Shown: in pieces, positions 55,831-64,000 of the stretch
How positions within the stretch are numbered: position 1 is the first letter of the stretch
How the letters are laid out: every line of letters begins with the position of its first letter
NCBI RefSeq assembly: GCF_009914755.1
Contig: NC_060930.1
DNA: 64,000 nucleotides
Strand: one strand, 5' to 3'
Source: the human T2T-CHM13v2.0 reference genome, Homo sapiens
Notes under the pieces: generated by a model
What the model was told of the DNA's origin: nothing
Database searches by the model: none
What the model saw: the letters and a program-made list of their open reading frames with translations, nothing else
Made by a program: the position numbers and the translations under genes

Positions 55831-56195
55831 AAATACCCCAACTATCTGTTGCCTACAAGAAACACACTTCACCTATACAGACACACATAAACTAAAAATA
55901 AAGGAATTGAAAAAGATATTCCATGCCAAAAAAAAAAAAAAAAAAAAGCAGAAGTAGCTGTACTTATATCAGGCAAAAGTAGATTTTAAGACAAAAACTA
56001 TAAGGAGACAAAGAATGTCATTACATAATGAGAAAGGGGTTAGTTCAGCAAAAGAACATAACAACTTTAAATATATGTGCATCCAACACTGGAGCACCCA
56101 GATATATGAAGCAAATATTTTTAGTGCTAAAGAGAGAGATAATCCCCAGTGCAATGATATCTGGAGACTTCAACACACCACTTTCAGCAATGTCA

Positions 56196-56543
<348 letters not shown>

Positions 56544-57952
56544 GAAACATCTGACTTAATCTGCACTATAGACCAAATAGATCTAATAGATATTTACAGA
56601 GCATTTCATACAATTGCTGCAGAATACACATTCTCCTCAACACATGGATTGTTCTCAACGATAAATCATATCTTAGACCGCAAAACAAGTCTTAAAACGT
56701 TTGAAAAAACTGAAATTATATCAAGTATCTTCTCTGACCACAATGAAATAAGACTAGATGTCAGTAACAAGAGACATTTTGGAAACTATACATACACATG
56801 GAAATTACACAATATGCTCCTGAATGAACGGTATGTCAATGAAGAAATTAAGAAGGAAAAGTCAAAATTTCTTGAAACAAATGATAATGGAAACACAACA
56901 TACCAAAACTGCTGGGATACAGTGAAAGCAATACTAAGAGGAAAGTTTATAGCTATAAGCACCTACATCAAAAACTAGAAAAACCTCAAATAAACCACCC
57001 ACTGATGCATTTTAAGGAACTAGAATAGCAAGCTCAAACCAAACCTAAGAATAGTAGAAGAAATGTAATAAAGATCAGAGCAGAAATAAATGAAATTGAA
57101 ATAAAGAAAATAATACAAAAGATCAAAGAAATAAAATATTTCTTTGAAAAGATAAGCAAATTTGACAAACCTTTAGCCAGGCTAACTGAGAAAAAGAGAG
57201 AAGATCCAGATAAATAAAATCAGAGCTATAAAAGGAAACATTACAACTGATAATGCAGAAATGCAAAGGATTATTACTGGCTACTGTGAGCAACTATATG
57301 CCAGTAAGTTGGAAAAATCTAGAAGAAATGGACAAATTTCTAGACACATACAACCTACTAAGATTTGACCATGAAGAAATAAAAAACCTGAACAGACCAA
57401 TAACAAGTTATGAGATGAAAGCCATAATAAAATGTCTCCAAGCAAAGAAAAGCCTGAGACTCAATGGCTTCACTGCTGAATTTTGCCAAACATTTAAAGA
57501 ACTAACACTAATGCTACTCAAAGAATTCCAAAAAATAGAGGAGGAAGGAATACTCCCAAACTCATTTTGCAAGGCTGGTATTACTTTAATATCAAAAGCA
57601 GACAAAGAAGCATCAAGAAAGAAAACTACAGGGCAATATCTCTGATGAATATTGATGCAAAAATCCTCAGCAAAATACTAGTAAACCAAATTCAACATAT
57701 GTTAAAGAGATCATTGAACATGACCAAGTGGAATTTATCTCTGGGACACAAGGATTGTTCAGCATATGCAAATCAATCAATGTAACACGTCATATTAACA
57801 GAATGAAGGACAACCACCATATGATCATTTCAATTGATGCTGAAAACGTGTTAGATAAAATTCAACATTATCTTCATAATAAAACCCTGGAAAAATTGGG
57901 TATAGAAGGAACATACTTTAACATAATAAAAACCATATATGACAGACCCACA

Positions 57953-58547
57953 GGTTGCATGTCCCCACCCTGCCCAGTCTACTAGCTCTGGGCCCAGTTC
58001 AGTTGTAGGACTCATGTAAATGTTGCAGTTCTCGTGGTCTAGACTGCCTTTCAAATTTATTTAGAGCCCCTGAGCACTTTAGCCCAAGGTGGTGGGGTTT
58101 GTGGGAACTCAAGTTTGGGCCACTAGAATCTGCAATCCCTCGCTGGCTACGGCTGGTTTAAATGCTCCCTCCATGGATGGACATCAGCTGAGTTTGGTCT
58201 GGTTTTCCTTTCTGCTATAACAGGACAGCACTGAATTCAATCTTTCACAATTGCTGTGCTCTCCCTCCCCCAGCACACAGAAATAATCTCTGTACAATGC
58301 CACTGCTGCCAGGGGGTGAGGGAGGGGTGGCATCCACGATTCAAGACTGCCTTTTCTACTACTGCAGTGCCTCTTTCAGCAATATGAAGGTAAAACCAAC
58401 ACTGTGAGTGCTCACCTGATTTTTGGTTCTTATAAAGGTTTTTTTTTTTTTTTTTTTTTGGTGTGTGTGTAGATGTTTGTTAAATTAGTGTCCTTGTAAG
58501 GGTGTGATCAGTAGAGTCTTCTATTCTGCCATCCTGCTCTGCCTTCC
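57953..58547 (-). mobile_element. First ~600 nt (5' UTR) of a second L1M1/L1MA-type element
   Basis: Reverse complement GAGCAGGATGGCAGAATAGAAG...ATAAGAACCAAAAATCAGGTGAGCACTCACAG is homologous to 50285-50860. Confidence 0.85.
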
Positions 58548-58777
58548 TGTCTTCAATTTTGAAAGTTATTTTAGCTGTGTCTAGAACTGGGGATTGACTT
58601 TTTTCATTTCAGCACTTTAAAGAGGTTTCTCCAGTGTTGATAGCTTGCATACTTTTTACGTTTGCTGCGATTCTTGTTTTCATTCCTCTATTTACAATAT
58701 TTCTGTTTTATTTCTCTCTGCCTGTGAGATTCTCTTTTTATCTTCAGATTTCAGTAATTTGACTATAATGGGTCTAG

Positions 58778-58779
<2 letters not shown>

Positions 58780-58816
<37 letters not shown>
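58780..58816. repeat. (GT)n microsatellite
   Basis: About 18 GT units. Confidence 0.97.
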
Positions 58817-58817
<1 letters not shown>

Positions 58818-59835
58818 TGTTATTTGTCTTGCTTGGAGTTCTCAGGCTTATTGTATTAATAATCTGTTTTCCTTCATTATTTTTGGAATATTCTTGGCCA
58901 TTGTCTTTTTTAAAAATTCTATTTTGATTATGATAAAACATATAACATTACATTTCTCATCTTTACTATTCTAAAATGTACAGTTCAGTAGTGTTAAGTA
59001 TATTCACGTTATTGTGCAGTGTATCTCTAGAACACTTTCATCTTGCAACACTGAGACTCTATGCCTACTAAACACTAACCCTCTCTCTACCTTCCCCTCA
59101 GTCCTTGGTAACCATGCTTTTACTTTCTGTTTCTATGATTTTTACTACTTTAAATACTTCATATAAATGAAATCATACATATTTGTCCTTTTGTGACTGG
59201 CTTATTTTGCTTAGCCATAGTGTCCTCAAGTTCATTTATATTGTAGCATGTAACAGGATTTCCTTCTTTTTTAAGGCTGAATAATATTCCATTGTATGTA
59301 TGTGTCACATTTTACTTGCCCACATATCTGTTGATGGGCACTTGTGTTATTTCCAAACTTTAGTTACTATGAAGAATGCTGTTATGAACATAGGTGTATA
59401 AATATCTCTTTGATATCCTACTTTCAATTCTTTTGGGTATATACATAGAAGTAGAATTGCTGAATCATAGATAATTCTATTTCTAATTTTTTGAGAAGCC
59501 ACCATACTGTTTTCCATAGTGGCTGCACCATTTTACATTCCCACCAACAATGCACAGAAGTTCCAATTTCTCCACATCCTTGCAAACACCCTTTATTTAT
59601 TTCTTTTTATAGTAGGCACGCTAATGGGTGCGAAAAGTTTAATTTGAATTTCCCCGGTGATAAGCAATGTATAGCATCTTTTCATGTGCTTATTGGTCAT
59701 TTTTGTACCTTCTTTGGAGGAATGTCTATTCAAATTCTTTGTCCATTTTAAGTTGGGCTGTTTTATCGTTGAGTTTTAGGAGTTCTCTAGATATTCAAAT
59801 TATTAGTCGCTTATCAGATATATGATTTGCAAATA

Positions 59836-60134
<299 letters not shown>

Positions 60135-60983
60135 CAATTTGCAAATCTTTTCTCCCACTCTGTGGGCTGCCTTTTTACTCTGTTGATAGTCTGATGCATA
60201 AAGTTTTAAAATTGTCATGAAGTCTACTTTGCTTATTTTTTCTTTTGTTGCTTGTGCCATTGGTGTTGTATCTAAGAAATCTTTGCCAAATCCAAAGATG
60301 TGAAGATTTTGCTCTGTTTTCTGCTGAGAATTTCATCGTTTTGGTCTTACATTTTAAACTATGATCCATTTGAGTTAAATTTTGTATATGGTGGTAGGTA
60401 AGGGTTGAATTTTATTCTTTTGCATGTGGATGTCCAGTTTCCCCAGCACTATTTGTTGAAAAGACTGTCCTTTTCCCATTGAATGGTCTTGGTATTTTTG
60501 TCAAACATCCTTTGACCATATATGTGAGGGTTTACTTCTCTCTACTCTATTCCCTTGGCCTATATGTCTGTTGTTATACCAGTACCAGATGGTTTTGATT
60601 ACTTAGCACTGCAAATTTAAAAAATCAGGAACTATGATGCCTCCGGGTTTGTTTTGCATTTTCAAGATTGTTTTGGCTACTTGGAGTCACCTGCGATTCC
60701 ATACAAATTTTAGAATGGGCTTTTCTATTTCTGCAAAAATTGTCATTGGAATTTTAATTTGGATTGCATTGAATTTTAGAACACTTTGGGTAGTATTGAC
60801 ATCTTACCAACATTGTCTTCCAGTCCATGAAAATGGGATATGTTTCCTTTTATTTATGTCTTCATTAGCTTCTTTCCGCTTTATTTTGTAGTTTTTATTT
60901 TAACTTCACCTCCTTGGGTAAGCTAATTCCTAAGTATTTTATCCTCTTTGATGTTAATGGAGATGGGATTGCCAATTGCAATC

Positions 60984-61287
60984 TTTTTTTTTATTTTTAT
61001 TTTTTGAGACAGAGTCTTGCTTTGTCACACAGGCTAGAGTGCAGTGGCATAATCTCGGCTGACTGCAACCTCTGCCTCTGGGGTTCAAGCGATTCTCATG
61101 CCTCAGCCTCCCGAGTACCTGGGACTACAGGCACATACCACTATACTTGGCTAATTTTTGTATTTTTAGTAGACATGGGGTTTTGCCATGTTGGGCAGGC
61201 TGATCTTGAACTCCTGACCTCAAGCGATCTGCCCACCTTGGCCTCCCAAAATACTGGGGTTACAGATGTGAGCCACTGCACCTGACC
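60984..61287 (-). mobile_element. Alu
   Basis: gagacagagtcttgc...gagccactgcacctgacc; TSD TGCAATCTT. Confidence 0.95.
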
Positions 61288-61412
61288 CACTGACTGCAAT
61301 CTTAAATAAAATGTTCTATTCACATTGTTCATTGTTAGTATATAGAAATGCAACTGATTTTTACGTTGACTTTGTATCCTGCTACTTTGCTGATTTGTTT
61401 ATTGGTTCTAAC

Positions 61413-61417
<5 letters not shown>

Positions 61418-61454
<37 letters not shown>
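61418..61454. repeat. (TG)n microsatellite
   Basis: About 18 TG units. Confidence 0.97.
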
Positions 61455-61457
<3 letters not shown>

Positions 61458-61740
61458 TATTTAAGGTTTTCCATGTATAAAATTATATTATCTGTGAACA
61501 GACATAAATTTTACTTCTTTCTTTCCAGTCTGAAAGGCTTCCAAATATTTCTCTTTCTTGCCTAATTGCTCTGACTAGAACTTCCAGTACTATGTTGAAT
61601 AGATATGATGAAAGTGGGCATCCTTGCCTTGTTCCTGATTTTAGAGGAAGAGCATTCAGCCTTTCACCATCGAGTATGAGGTTCACTGTGAATTTTTCGT
61701 ATATGGCTTTTATTATGTTTAAGTAGTTTCTTTCTATTCG

Positions 61741-61941
61741 TTGTTGTTGAGACGGTGTCTCACTCTGTCACATGGGCTGAGGTGGAGTGGCACAATCATA
61801 GCTATCCACAGCCTCAAACTTCCAGGCTCAAGTGGTCTTCCCACCTCAGCCTCCTGAGGAGGTGCTACAGTTGTGTGCCACTGTCTGGCTAATTTAAAAC
61901 GTTCTTTAGTAGAGACAAGGTCTCATTGTGTTGCCTAGGCA
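61741..61941 (-). mobile_element. Partial old Alu (AluJ-like, 5'-truncated)
   Basis: gagacggtgtctcactctgtc...ggctcaagtgg...gtagagacaaggtctc; TSD TTCTATTC. Confidence 0.85.
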
Positions 61942-63551
61942 TTACCTTCTATTCTTAGTTTGTTGAATGTTGTTTTTATAAAAGGATGTTGAATTTCGTC
62001 AAATGCTTTTTCTGCATCAACTGAGATAATTGTGTTTGTTTTTCCTTCATTTTGTTGTTGTTGTGTATTATACTGATCCATTTTTTTTTAGTGTTGAACC
62101 ATCGCATTCCAGGAATAAATCCCACCTGGTTATCATGTCTAGTCCTTTTAATATGCTGCTGAATTCAGCTTGCTAGTAGTTTTTGAGGATTTTTTTGCAT
62201 CCATATTTGTAAATATATTAGCCTGTAGTTTTATTTTCTTGTATTATCATTGTTGGGCTTTGTTTAGCTTATCAGGGTAATGCCAACCTCAAAGAATGAG
62301 TTAGAAAGTGTTCCCTCAACTTCAATTTTTTTGAAACGTTTGAGAAGGACTAGTATTAGTTCTTTTTCAAATGTTTGGTAGAATTCACCAGTCAGGTCTT
62401 CAGGTCCTGGGATTTCCTTTATTGGAATATTTTGATTACTGATTCAATGACCTCTCTAATTACAAGTCTATTCAGATTTTCTGTTTATTTGTAATTTAGT
62501 CTTGGTATGTTTTGTGTTTTTAAGAATTTGTTCATTTCATTTAAGTTATTGAATTTGTTGGCATACACTTATTTATAGTATTATCTTGTAATACTTTCTA
62601 TTTTTGTAGATTTGGTAATAATGTCTCTTCTTTCATTTATGATTTTAGTAATGTGACTCTTCTTTCTTTCTCTGGTCCATCTAGCTTAAGGTTTGTCATT
62701 TTTGTTGATCTTTTCAAAGAACCAACTTTTGGTTTTATTGATTTTTCTCTATTTTTTTCTATTCTCTATTTAATTTATCTTTTCTGTAATCTTTGTTATT
62801 TCCTTCTCTCTGCTAGCTTTGGATTTAGTTTGTTCTTCTTTTTCTGGTTCTTTAAGTTGTGAAGTTAGGTTGTTGATTTGAGGTCTTTTTAGACATGTAA
62901 TCATTTAGAACTATAAATGTCTCCCTTATCACTGCTTTCTCTGAATCTCGTAAGTTTTGGCATGTTGTATCTTTGTTTTCATTAATATATAAGTGTTTTC
63001 TAATTTGCGTTTTGATTTCTTCCTTCATCTATTTGTTGTTTAAGACTGTATTGTTTAATTTCCTCACACTTGTAAAATTTCCGGTTTTACTTGTGTTACT
63101 GATTTCTAATTTCATCCCATTGTGATTAGAGGAGTTTTTTTATATTATCTATCTTTTTGAATCTATTAAGAGTCAATTTGTGGCCTAACCTGGAAAATGT
63201 CCCATGTGCACTTGAGAAGAAAATTTATGCTATTGTTGTTTGGAAGAATGTTTTGTATATGTCTGTTAGATGTAGTTGGTTTATTGTGTTATGTCCTCTG
63301 TTTACTTGCTTATATTCCATCTGGTTGTTCTATCCATTATTATGAGTAGAATATTAAAGTCTCCAATTATTATCATAGAACTATTTCTCTCTTCAATTCT
63401 ATCAGTTTTTGTTTCAGATATTTGGATGGTTTGTCAGTAGATGCATAATTATTACATCTTCTTGCTGTATCAAAACTTTTATTAATATATAATATCCTTC
63501 TTTGCCTCTTGTAATCTTTTTTGATTTAAAGTCTATTTTGTGAAGTGGGTA

Positions 63552-64000
63552 GGGGTGCATTCCAAGATGGCCAAATAGGAACAGCTCTGGTCTGCAGCTC
63601 CCAGTGTGATGGATGCAGAAGACGGGTGATTTCTGCATTTCCAACTGAGGTGCCTGGTTCGTCTCATTGGGACTGGTTGGACAGTGGCTGCAGCCCACAG
63701 AGGGTGAGCTGAAGCAGGGCGGGGTGTTGCCTCACCCAGAAAGCACAAAGGGTCAGTGGATTTCCCTTTCCTAGCCAAGGGAAGCCGTGACAGACTACCT
63801 GGAAAAACGGGACACTCCCGCCCAAATACTGTGCTTTTCCCAAGTTCTTAGCAACGGCAGACCAGGAGATACCCAGCCCGTGCCTGGCTCGGTGGGTCCC
63901 ATGCCCACAGAGCCTTGCTCACTGCTGGTGCAGCAGTCTGAGATTGATCTGCAAGATGGCAGCCTGGCTGGCGGTGGGGTGTCCACCATTGCAGAGGCTT
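63552..64000 (+). mobile_element. 5' UTR of an L1PA6/7-like element running out of the window (sense and antisense promoter region)
   Basis: ttccaagatggccaaataggaacagctctggtctgcagctcccag, with YY1 motif AAGATGGCC. Confidence 0.93.
63795..63989 (-). CDS. L1 ORF0-like antisense ORF (64 aa), expression unknown
   Basis: MVDTPPPARLPSCRSISDCCTSSEQGSVGMGPTEPG...GVSRFSR aligns by eye to L1 ORF0 (MAGAPPPASLPPCSLISDCCASNQRDSVGVGPSEPG...GVTRFSR). Confidence 0.45.
   Translation of the reverse strand: MVDTPPPARLPSCRSISDCCTSSEQGSVGMGPTEPGTGWVSPGLPLLRTWEKHSIWAGVSRFSR

Overview
This is hominoid (human-like) nuclear DNA: an SVA is present, and SVAs are hominoid-specific. No protein-coding gene, CRISPR array or prokaryote-type system can be supported. 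Well over half of the window is transposon-derived: L1PA/L1M LINEs, Alus and Alu monomers, one full-length SVA, MaLR and ERV1 LTRs, hAT DNA transposons, MIR and L2 relics, plus one Y1 RNA retropseudogene. Essentially all long ORFs in the track are L1 ORF1/ORF2 fragments or SVA/Alu artefacts. The most interesting structure is a pair of L1PA copies. One is a twin-primed L1 with a 3.25 kb 5' inversion (15035-19856); the other is a full-length L1 (32255-38383). Their inverted arms share about 10 apparently non-consensus variants, including a +1 frameshift, while their direct-orientation 3' parts look like different subfamilies. This suggests gene conversion between inverted repeats and a possible inversion substrate. 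Other points: an open ORF0-like frame in the L1 at the right edge, two end-joining scars with templated insertions, and a tail-to-tail fusion of two old L1s. Subfamily names and consensus comparisons are from memory, not from a run search. Coordinates of old, diverged repeats are approximate.
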